NCBI GenBank assembly: GCA_963813715.1
Contig: CAWFAK010000008.1
Coordinates: forward strand, 352,001 to 416,000
DNA length: 64,000 nucleotides
DNA from: an uncultured Planctomycetaceae bacterium
GTDB lineage: Bacteria > Planctomycetota > Planctomycetia > Planctomycetales > Planctomycetaceae
Reading direction: 5' to 3'
The position numbers were made by a program, and so were the translations under genes. Shown in pieces: positions 45,125 through 53,643 of the stretch (its first letter is position 1; each line of letters begins with the position of its first letter). The notes below the pieces were generated by a model, which saw only the letters and a program-made list of their open reading frames with translations, was not told the origin of the DNA and made no database searches.

Positions 45125-46560
45125 ATGGCAACCGACGTCGCTCCGCAGGTCGATCTGGCCGCTGCGCTCGATCAGATGATGCATCCCTATCGGGGCACGC
45201 TCCCCGAGTTTGTGCGGCTCCCGGCGGCGGGGATCAAGCGCCGGACGTGCTCGGCACGATGCAGGACCTCGAGGAGCGCGAGGCGGGCCGCTGGGAAAGC
45301 GGCCACGCATCGGGCGCGGTGTACAACGGCGATCGCGAGCACATCGACTTCGTCAGCCGCGTGTACACGCTGCACTCGCAGGTCAATCCGCTGCACCCCG
45401 ACCTCTTTCCGAGTGCCGCCAAGTTCGAGGCGGAAATCGTCTCGATGACGGCCCACATGCTCAACGGCGACAAGGCCGGCGCGCCGGTGGGGAGCGAAGA
45501 GGGAGTTTGCGGGTCGGTCACGTCGGGCGGTTCGGAGAGCATTCTGCTCGCGATGAAGACCTATCGCGACTGGGCCCGCGCGACCAAGAACATCACCGAG
45601 CCCGAGCTGGTCGTGCCGGTCTCCGCTCACGCGGCCTTTCACAAAGCGGCCCAATATTTCGGCCTCAAGCTGCGGGTGATTCCGCTCGACGACCAGTTCT
45701 GCGTCGACGTGCCGGCGATGGAAGCGGCGATTAACAAGAACACGATCGCGCTGGTCGGCTCGGCCTGCAATTTTCCGTACGGCACCATCGACTCGATCGA
45801 GCAGCTATCGGCCATCGCGCGGGACCGAGGCGTTGGCCTGCACGTCGACAGCTGCCTGGGCGGATTCTTCCTGCCGTGGGCCGAACGGCTCGGCCAGCCG
45901 GTGCCGCCGTTCGATTTTCGGCTGCCCGGCGTGACTTCGATGTCGTGCGACACGCACAAATACGGCTACGCACCCAAGGGAACGTCGGTCGTTCTCTATC
46001 GCGGGGCGGCCCTGCGACGGTTTCAGTATTTCACGACGTCCGACTGGCCGGGCGGACTCTATTACTCGCCGACGTTTTCGGGCAGCCGGCCGGGCGGCCT
46101 GAGCGCGGCGTGTTGGGCGGCGCTCGTGTCGATCGGCGAACAAGGCTACCTGGACGCGACGCGGCGAATCCTCGACGCCGTGGCCGTGATGAAACAGGGC
46201 GTAACCGAAATTCCCGAGCTGCGGCTGATGGGCCGCACGTTCGGCGTCTTCGCCTTCATGTCGACGAGCGAGAGCTTCAATATCTACCAGCTGCTCGATC
46301 GCATGTCGGAAAAAGGCTGGAGCCTCACCGGCCTGCAACGACCGGCGGGCATCCACGTGAGTCCCACGCTGCGGCACGCACAGCCGGGCGTCGCCGAACG
46401 CTTCGTCGCCGATCTCAAGGATGCGGTGGCGCTCGTCCGCGAGAATCCCGACTTCATGGGCGGCATGGCACCGATCTACGGTCTGGCCGCAACGGTCCCC
46501 GACCGCTCGCTCGTCCACGGCATGCTGCAGCAGGTGATGGACGTTTTTTACCGCGTGTGA
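45125..46560 (+). CDS. PLP-dependent sphingosine-1-phosphate lyase (sphinganine-1-P aldolase)-like protein, 1 apparent frameshift ~45240
   Basis: SGAVY, NPLHPDLFP, TSGGSESI, HVDSCLGGF, SCDTHKYGYAPKG, WPGGLY, GSRPG, APIYG. Confidence 0.88.
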
Positions 46561-46605
46561 CTCGCGGTTGCCGGTCGGAAGAGCGTCGCCGGAGGTCTGC
46601 ACGAC

Positions 46606-48042
46606 TCAGGCGTCAGCGCGGCCTAGACCTCGGGGATAAACACGCCGCGATCGTAGTCGCCTCTTTGCAGACGGCGCGATGGTTGATTTTGGGATCTTCC
46701 ATGCGCACCTGGATGTAGTAGTGCCCCTTTTTCGGCGGAGTGAAGGTGTGCACCCAGATGCCATATTGCGAGTTCGACGTGGCCGCCTTGCAGAACTCCA
46801 GCGGCGCCCGATTTTGACGCCGGCCATTGCGGCCCATCCCGAGCGGAAGCGGATCTTCATCTTCTCGGAGCGCACTGGCCCGCCCCAGGTGATGCCGACG
46901 ATGCGATAGACGATTTTGCCGCCGAGCTTCCACTGCTCGACACGCACGGGCAGGGCCGTCTGGTCGATCGTGGCCGCCTTATAGTCTTTGGCGAGCACTG
47001 GACCAAACGGATGCTTGAAGAAGCCGGGTTGCGGGCCGCGCGACGTATCCTGGTTCGTGCGGTCGCTAAACTCCAGCATCTGCCAGGTCGCTTTCGCGTG
47101 GTCGTCAACGAATTTGATCTCGTTGACCCACTTCACCTCGCTGCAGCCATACCAGCCCGGAATGACTAAGCGGACGGGCGCGCCGTGGTCTTTGGGCAGC
47201 GGCTGTCCGTTCATCCGCGTCGCCAGGAACGCGCCGAACTGGACGAGCTGTTCGATCGGAAAGATCCAGCTGCATGTGGGCCACGAGTGCTCCTTATAAG
47301 GAGGTCCGTGGTCGGGCAGGTTGGTGTCGTCGTCGAAACCTTGGATCAAAACGGCTTTCGCCTTGTCGGTTGGCTCGGCAATTTTGATCACCCGCTCGAT
47401 CGGGATCCCCGCCCACTCCGCGACGCTCAACAGCCCAAACTTGAGCACGTTGCCGTTTCCGGAGCACTCCAGCAAGACCGGGCCCTTCGGCTCGACATAA
47501 CGCTCCAGCGACTTGAGCGGCAGCTGCTGCGGCTTTTTGACCAGGCCGTGAATCTTGATTTTCCAATCGGCCGGCGGACGGAGCAGATCGGGATATTCAG
47601 TCCGGATAAAGAACTTGTCGGCGGGAGTCAGTCGTCCCTCGGGCGTAAACAGCGAGGCCAGGTCGATACACAACCGGGCGCCGTGTCCGCCGCCCGAGTT
47701 CGTGTAAAGCGGTGTTCGAAAGCTGTCTTCTTCCTGCGAGCGAAAGGGCACATAGCCGAGGAAGATGCCGCCGGCGCACGGATCCGGAAAGTCGGTATCG
47801 AGCAGTTGGCCGGATGACGTCAGGGCTAGAGGTTCGCCCTGGAGCAGGCCCGCCGAGCCGCCGCCGGTAGAATCCAACAGTTGCGTGTAGCGATTCCACG
47901 CATAGGCCCCCGCGCCGATTGCGCCCATGGTCGCCGTGGCGGCGAGCAAGAACCCGCGGCGGGTCAGGCCCGCCCGCGCGGCGAGGGCCAGCTCGATTTC
48001 GGAGGGGGCTAGCGGGACGCCGCGACGCATTGAGTTCACCAC
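46606..48042 (-). CDS. Tat-exported sulfite-oxidase-family molybdopterin oxidoreductase (C-terminal frameshifts; end approximate)
   Basis: LTRRGFL Tat motif, FFIR, LECSGN (Mo-ligating Cys), MNGQPLPKDHGAPVRLVIPGWYG, VKW. Confidence 0.85.
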   Translation of the reverse strand: MVNSMRRGVPLAPSEIELALAARAGLTRRGFLLAATATMGAIGAGAYAWNRYTQLLDSTGGGSAGLLQGEPLALTSSGQLLDTDFPDPCAGGIFLGYVPFRSQEEDSFRTPLYTNSGGGHGARLCIDLASLFTPEGRLTPADKFFIRTEYPDLLRPPADWKIKIHGLVKKPQQLPLKSLERYVEPKGPVLLECSGNGNVLKFGLLSVAEWAGIPIERVIKIAEPTDKAKAVLIQGFDDDTNLPDHGPPYKEHSWPTCSWIFPIEQLVQFGAFLATRMNGQPLPKDHGAPVRLVIPGWYGCSEVKWVNEIKFVDDHAKATWQMLEFSDRTNQDTSRGPQPGFFKHPFGPVLAKDYKAATIDQTALPVRVEQWKLGGKIVYRIVGITWGGPVRSEKMKIRFRSGWAAMAGVKIGRRWSSARRPRRTRNMASGCTPSLRRKRGTTTSRCAWKIPKSTIAPSAKRRLRSRRVYPRGLGRADA

Positions 48043-48081
48043 CGGCTCGCCGCAGCGGTCGCCGTCACTACACCCAGTCGT

Positions 48082-49362
48082 CTAGTGGACGGTCAGCCCC
48101 GAGGCTGCGACGGGCAGCAGAAATCCGTCGGCGTCAAAATCCATCTCGCAAGGTCCGTCGAGGATTTCCAGGTCGCTGCGCCGCGAGACCTCCGGCAGAT
48201 AAGCCTCGCTAACCAATACTTCCGAAAGGTGTAAAGTGTTGGAAATTTGCACGACCCGGGCGTTTTCCGGCTCGTCCAGCCCGACGGTCGCCAGGGCCGC
48301 CTCGAGCACGTCCCGATCTGTGTCAAAGGTCACCGGGACAGCGGCGGCGGCCGGGTGCCCGCCAGTGAGGGCGTTGATCGTCGTGATGTTGACGTCCATC
48401 TGCTCGACGGTCCGCCGGTTGGTGAATTCCGCCAGGCCGATGCCGCAGGCGTTGCCGTGCGTCTCCTCGGTGAGACCGCGAATGAAGATTCGCGTGCAGG
48501 AAACGTCGTCCCGCCCTGCGTCCGGGTTGCCGACGAACTTGCGGCCGATGACGTTGGTGTCCATCCCCGAGCCGCTGATGTTCTTGCCGATCTCGTCGAC
48601 GATCAACAGGCCGATCCGCTTGAACGGCAGCCGGGGCATCCACTGCCGGGCCAGCGCCAACAGCTCGCGCTCGCGGTCGTAAAACCTTTCCGGCGGCACG
48701 GCTTCGATCAGGGCCGTTTGGTCGTACGCGTTTTCCACGATCGCGACGCCGCAAAGCACCCTGCACTTTTGCAGCACGACCGCGGCCACGGCCTGAATGA
48801 TTTCGGCAAAGCTGTAATCGATGATGGCCCGGTGGTAGATTTTGGCCCCTTCGTGCTTGCCCAGGCCGATCAACATCATCTTGTGCAAGCCCGACTCGAT
48901 CTCGCCCACGAACCCCGTGTGCGGCTTGATCCGCCCGGCGACGATCACATGGTCGCACTCGAACGCGTGGCGATCGAAATGCACGGGAATCCGCTGCGGC
49001 GTGCGGTCGACGATCACCGTCTCCATCGACGAGCGGATCTCGGCCCCGGTGAACTCTTCGGTCACCCCGTACGACTCGACAATCGCCCGCTGCGCCTCGG
49101 CCGTCCCCCCGCCATGGCTACCCATCGCCGGAATGATCACCGGCTTGGCGCCGAGCGAGCGGACGTGATCGCAAATCGCCTTCGTAATCTCGGCAATATT
49201 CGCAATCCCGCGACTGCCGACGGTAATCGCCACGGTCTGCCCGGGCCGGACTTTCTGGCCCAGGTTGAGCCGGCGGAGCTGGCCGGAAGTCTCCGCCGCA
49301 ACGTCCACGACGCGCTGGACTTCGAATTTCTGGCGAACGCGAACCATCTTGGGAAAAGGCAT
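48082..49362 (-). CDS. Lactate racemase N-terminal-like (LarA/DUF362-type) protein
   Basis: VGSRGIANI, PAMGSHGGGTAE, RIKPHT, GKNISGSGMDTN. Confidence 0.75.
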   Translation of the reverse strand: MPFPKMVRVRQKFEVQRVVDVAAETSGQLRRLNLGQKVRPGQTVAITVGSRGIANIAEITKAICDHVRSLGAKPVIIPAMGSHGGGTAEAQRAIVESYGVTEEFTGAEIRSSMETVIVDRTPQRIPVHFDRHAFECDHVIVAGRIKPHTGFVGEIESGLHKMMLIGLGKHEGAKIYHRAIIDYSFAEIIQAVAAVVLQKCRVLCGVAIVENAYDQTALIEAVPPERFYDRERELLALARQWMPRLPFKRIGLLIVDEIGKNISGSGMDTNVIGRKFVGNPDAGRDDVSCTRIFIRGLTEETHGNACGIGLAEFTNRRTVEQMDVNITTINALTGGHPAAAAVPVTFDTDRDVLEAALATVGLDEPENARVVQISNTLHLSEVLVSEAYLPEVSRRSDLEILDGPCEMDFDADGFLLPVAASGLTVH

Positions 49363-49594
49363 CGTGAACTCCGACTGAGCCGTGGCCGATTTCGGCCCCT
49401 CTCTAATCAGTCTAAGTCCTCTTCGCAAGGGACGAAAGAGCGTCTGCGACCCACCTGAGAATGATCAGCCGTGCCAGCGGCGCGTGAAGAGCACATCGGC
49501 CGCGCGAGCGGCTCGTCAATAACACTGTGCCGAGAATTCGGAATGGCGAATCCCTGCGGCGCGTCCTGCCAGGTTAAAGTTGCGAGTCGCGCGG

Positions 49595-50545
49595 TTACTT
49601 ACGGTCGACCGACTGGCGGAATTCGCCCCAGTTCGTGAGCGTGATGCCAAGGCGGGCGAGTTGGGCCCGGGTGTCCGGATCGGTGACGAAGCGGCGGTCG
49701 CTGTCGCGGAGTTGGGCCGAATCGGTGATGGCTTCCAGCTCGGGATTATCGACGCCGCAGTGGACGATCAGTTCGTTCACGCCCGGCGGCAGCGTCTCGA
49801 AGGCCTTGAAATAGTTGTGGGTGCGGACGCTGTGTTGGCCCTTGTTGTAGAGCATCACGACCGACGACAGCACGGGGAGATGGTGGGTGTCGAGCATGTC
49901 GAGCAGCTGGCGATCGTGGCCGCGGAGGGCCGGATACTTGGCCTGAAACGCCTGGAGCGATGCCTGGCGGGTGAACATCACGGGCAGGTTGTAGGCGATG
50001 CCCAGGTTGACGTAGAGCTCCAAAAAGTCGGGACGGTCGAGCAGCGTACCCATGTGCGTGTCGAGGTGCGAGAGCCGAATGCCGAAGGCCTTGGCCCGAT
50101 CGATTTGGGCCCGCAGCTCGGTTTCGGCCTCGCTGAGCTTGGCCTTGGCAACGACGGGCGGGTTGTCGCGATGCAAATAGCCCTGCTCGTCGAGCAGGCT
50201 GGGGACTTGGTCGCGCGGCGCCACTGGACCCCAGCGATAGTTTTTCCACTCGCAGGTCAGCGTGAGATGAATGCCGTAGTCGCGCTCCGGGTGCTTCCGC
50301 GCGTAGGCGGCAAACTCCGGAAACCAGGCGCACGGAACCAGAATGCTCGTCGACGTGACGACGCCGTGCTCGAGCCCCTCGATCGTCGCCATGTTCGCCG
50401 AGTGCGACATGCCGGCATCGTCGGCGTGAATGATCAGCGAGCGCGCCGGCTTGCCCGCGGGCGAATCATCGCCACGCGCCGGAGCGTGCGACGCGAGAAT
50501 CAACAGTGCAACTAGTGAGGACAATCCGATCGAGCGGCAAATCAT
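49595..50545 (-). CDS. Secreted ChbG/HpnK (YdjC)-family deacetylase
   Basis: LIIHADDAG, GIHLTL, HLDTHMG, ELIVHCG; signal peptide. Confidence 0.88.
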   Translation of the reverse strand: MICRSIGLSSLVALLILASHAPARGDDSPAGKPARSLIIHADDAGMSHSANMATIEGLEHGVVTSTSILVPCAWFPEFAAYARKHPERDYGIHLTLTCEWKNYRWGPVAPRDQVPSLLDEQGYLHRDNPPVVAKAKLSEAETELRAQIDRAKAFGIRLSHLDTHMGTLLDRPDFLELYVNLGIAYNLPVMFTRQASLQAFQAKYPALRGHDRQLLDMLDTHHLPVLSSVVMLYNKGQHSVRTHNYFKAFETLPPGVNELIVHCGVDNPELEAITDSAQLRDSDRRFVTDPDTRAQLARLGITLTNWGEFRQSVDRK

Positions 50546-50603
50546 CGGTGACAACTCCAGGCAATCGTGTCCGGCGCGGACTCGGCGAGACCGGCACGTC
50601 CGC

Positions 50604-50858
50604 TCACAGGCGGACCTCCGAGCGTTCTTTGACCGTTTCGAGCATTTTTTTCAGTCGAGGCGAGCGCGTCGCGCCGTTACGCAGCAAGCGAATCAAGAAC
50701 CGGTGCATCTTGATCGTGGGAGACATGCCCCCCGACTCCAACAGCTTCACGGCCTGCCGATCCTCCAGCTCGATCCGAGTGGCCAGCTCGGCCTCGCTCA
50801 TCTTCAGCGTCTTGCGGAGGATTTTGATCTCCTCCGCGGTCATCTTCAGAATGGGCAT
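50604..50858 (-). CDS. Small XRE/HTH-like DNA-binding protein
   Basis: EIKILRKTLKMSEAELATRI...VKLLESG resembles a Cro/C1 helix-turn-helix. Confidence 0.65.
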   Translation of the reverse strand: MPILKMTAEEIKILRKTLKMSEAELATRIELEDRQAVKLLESGGMSPTIKMHRFLIRLLRNGATRSPRLKKMLETVKERSEVRL

Positions 50859-50966
50859 TCGTGTGCTCCGTTATCGAGTTCCCACTCACTTGCCGTCAAA
50901 GAGCCGCGCACGCAATAAGCAGTGTCTTTTGTTTTGATTCGAGGCGATGCAAGAGCCCTCGCTCAC

Positions 50967-51949
50967 CAACTTTTTTCATCTCGTGACGTAAGTCGTTTTT
51001 TGGCATCGCCGTCGCAAGGCGGTAAAGATGAGCTTGCCTTGCACCCAGCGGTGGACGCGTCGGTGGCCGCGAACCCAAGCGGGCAGTGCCTGCAATCCGG
51101 CGCTCCAAGTGCTCAAGTATCCGAAGTAGCGTTCGATCGCGTTACGTTCTTGATGGAGGGCACGGCCGAACGAGCTTTGCGGATTCGAGAGCAGTTCAAG
51201 AGATCGCAGCCGAGCGGGACTCTGACGCCGATGGCCACGGCGACGGCCAAATCCGTAACGCGGAGGTGCCACCAGTTGCACGCCGCGTTCGAGGCAGACG
51301 TCGTGTAACTGGTTCGAGTCGAAATTTGCATCGGCGAGCAAGTACCCTTGCACAGCCGCTTGCTTCAACATCCGCCGCCCCATCGCCCGCTCATCCTTTT
51401 GCATGGGAGCCACGCGCCAGGCAGCGATCGAGCCATCGCTGCCGACCACCGCGTGTAGCTTGTACCCTTTGGCTTTGCAGCCCGCGGCGCGGCCGTACCC
51501 AGCTTGCCGGTCTTTCGAGCAACCGCCGATCGGCAGAGGCTTGCCATCGATCATCCAATACAGGGGCTTGTTCCCACGAGGAGCCAGTTCAGAACGTTCG
51601 ATCTCTTGCAGCATTTGCTGGACCTCGGCACTCCGCAGTCGTCTCGACATGGTGCTCGACGATGGCAATTTGCGGCGACGCTCATGCAGCGGCCAGTTCC
51701 GAAGATCGCACGCCCAGGACACAGGCCGACCGTGCAGAACGGCCCACAGCCAAACCTGCACAATGTCGTCTGCCCCGTATCGTTCCCGCGTGCACCGACG
51801 AAGCTTGCTCGCCTGTTTGAGAAGGATCAAAATCGCCTTCCAGAGTTGGTGTTCCACATCCGTCTCCTTTCGTGTGGTTACGATTGAGACTATGTGTAGC
51901 ACCAACTTTTTATTGCGCAAGTCTTTATGACTCCTCGCGCAAAAAGCTG
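50967..51949 (-). mobile_element. 983-bp insertion sequence (DDE; IS982/IS5-like) with 4-bp TCAC target duplication
   Basis: Ends CAACTTTTT...AAAAAGCTG (8/9 inverted match); TCAC at 50963-66 and 51950-53. Confidence 0.85.
50976..51857 (-). CDS. DDE transposase (DDE_Tnp_1-like), 293 aa, intact
   Basis: AAGGAG RBS + GTG 51857; IDGKP, GYKLH, LADANFDS, RNAIERYFG. Confidence 0.92.
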   Translation of the reverse strand: MEHQLWKAILILLKQASKLRRCTRERYGADDIVQVWLWAVLHGRPVSWACDLRNWPLHERRRKLPSSSTMSRRLRSAEVQQMLQEIERSELAPRGNKPLYWMIDGKPLPIGGCSKDRQAGYGRAAGCKAKGYKLHAVVGSDGSIAAWRVAPMQKDERAMGRRMLKQAAVQGYLLADANFDSNQLHDVCLERGVQLVAPPRYGFGRRRGHRRQSPARLRSLELLSNPQSSFGRALHQERNAIERYFGYLSTWSAGLQALPAWVRGHRRVHRWVQGKLIFTALRRRCQKTTYVTR

Positions 51950-51953
51950 TCAC

Positions 51954-52032
51954 GCTTCGGGTTGGTAAAGACGCCCCTGGCTCACGCTTCGCGTTGGTGT
52001 GTCGTCTTACTAACCCGAAGCGTCAGCGCGGG
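51954..52032. repeat. REP-like cluster (CCCTCGCTCACGCTTCGGGTTGGT family)
   Basis: Right half of the interrupted copy (51954-66), direct copy 51975-98, inverted copy 52009-32. Confidence 0.8.
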
Positions 52033-52242
52033 ATCCTCCAGACCTATTCGCGGCCCCTTCACGATTAACGAGGCGATGACAAAAAAGACACCGCTTACGG
52101 CGTGCGCGGCTCCTTCCCACGCGCGGACGTCAGTCCACTTCCGTCCAATATTGTCCCGAATGTCGTCCCGTTTCCGACCCCTGAACCAGTCACAATATCC
52201 GCGGCGCGTCGCGGTAAGTCAAACCAGATTGTCGATTTGCGT

Positions 52243-52285
52243 CCGTGACAAAACCGTGACAATCCGGTGACGGTACGCTGACGCT
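52243..52285. promoter_or_regulatory. Four TGAC boxes at 11-bp spacing upstream of the desaturase
   Basis: TGAC at 52246, 52257, 52268, 52279; first two are CCGTGACAA; -10-like TAAAGT at 52304. Confidence 0.6.
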
Positions 52286-52368
52286 GTTTTTCTACCCTCC
52301 CGCTAAAGTTTCACACAGAAACCACGCACCTTCGGCCGATAGACGGCAAAAGATTACGGGAGATTTTG

Positions 52369-53337
52369 ATGGCCAGCACTGTGATTGCTCCTCCCAAGCG
52401 TCGTCGTCGCAAGAAGCAGGCGCGGCGACATCACAACTCGCCTTCGGTTGAGCGAACGGTCGCCCCGCAGGAAGTCTACGACTGGTTCAACCCCGCGCAG
52501 TTGAATTGGAAGAACATCGATTGGGTGACACTCGTCTGGATGGTCGGCATTCACGCCGGCTGTTTGGCGGCGCCGTTCTTCTTCACCTGGAAAGCGATCG
52601 GCGTCGCGCTGGTCGCCCATTGGCTCACGGCCAGCGTCGGCGTCTGCCTCGGCTATCACCGCTACCTGTCGCACAAGTCACTGAAGTTGTCTCGGCCGGC
52701 CGAGTTCTTCGTCCTCTTCTGCTCGGTTGCCTCGGGACAGGGCTCGCCGCTGATGTGGGCGGCCACGCATCGCCTACACCATCAGCGCTCGGACCAGGAA
52801 GGCGATCCGCATTCGCCCCTCGAAGGGGGATGGTGGTCGCACATTCTGTGGCTGTTCGTCAATCACACGCCCGAGCAGCGGGCCCAGCTCTATCGGCGGT
52901 ACATTCCCGATCTGGTCGATCGCCCGATCATGCAGTTCTACGAGAAGTTCTACGGCCCGGTCCTGGTCGGCATCGGCGTGGTGCTGTACCTGATCGCAGG
53001 CATCCCGGGAGTGCTGTGGGGCTTGTGCGTGCGGATGGCGTGGGCGTACCACTGCACGTGGTTCGTCAACTCGGCCACGCACCTGTGGGGCTACCGCAAT
53101 TACGAGACGCGCGACGAATCGCGGAACTTGTGGTGGGTGGCCGTGCTCGCCTTCGGCGAAGGCTGGCACAACAACCATCACGCCCACCCGCACGCCGCCC
53201 GCGCCGGACATCGCTGGTGGGAAATCGATCCGACCTGGTGGGTCATCCGCGGCCTCCGCGCCACGGGCATGGCCACGCAAGTCGACGATCGCATCCCGGA
53301 AGCCGGCGCCAAACCGGACGAAGCGCTCGTCGTTTAG
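52369..53337 (+). CDS. Delta-9-type membrane fatty acid desaturase
   Basis: His boxes HRYLSH, HRLHH, GEGWHNNHH; WWEIDPTW. Confidence 0.95.
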   Translation: MASTVIAPPKRRRRKKQARRHHNSPSVERTVAPQEVYDWFNPAQLNWKNIDWVTLVWMVGIHAGCLAAPFFFTWKAIGVALVAHWLTASVGVCLGYHRYLSHKSLKLSRPAEFFVLFCSVASGQGSPLMWAATHRLHHQRSDQEGDPHSPLEGGWWSHILWLFVNHTPEQRAQLYRRYIPDLVDRPIMQFYEKFYGPVLVGIGVVLYLIAGIPGVLWGLCVRMAWAYHCTWFVNSATHLWGYRNYETRDESRNLWWVAVLAFGEGWHNNHHAHPHAARAGHRWWEIDPTWWVIRGLRATGMATQVDDRIPEAGAKPDEALVV

Positions 53338-53350
53338 TCGGCGCGACGCT

Positions 53351-53492
53351 GGGTGGCTGGGGTCGGCGTCTTCGCCACCCTCAGGCGTCGTGGTGCGTCT
53401 ACCACTAAATGTCGGGTGCCATGCCCACCGGTTTCGGTGGGCATCCGCGATTCGCAGCGGAAAACATGCCCACGCCGGGCCGTGGGCATGGC
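53351..53492. repeat. REP-like palindromes of two families
   Basis: GGGTGGCTGGGGTCGGCG-TCTT-CGCCACCCTCAG (53351-84); ATGCCCACCG-GTTT-CGGTGGGCAT (53421-44) and CATGCCCACG...CGTGGGCATG (53465-90). Confidence 0.7.
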
Positions 53493-53643
53493 TGTCAGAT
53501 CGCGATGGACGGACCAGGTTTTCGCCGCTCAGTGCCGACGGCAGGCACAGCCTGCCCTGCCCAAGGCGTTCGTGATCGCGTCGGTCATTTTTGCTCTGTC
53601 GGCGCACTCTGTCCGAGGGTATCGCGAGACGCGTCGGTCGCGC

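Noticed and set aside
50604..50858. HTH gene as IS cargo or as an antitoxin
   Set aside because: It lies outside the TCAC-bounded element and no adjacent toxin-like ORF is visible.
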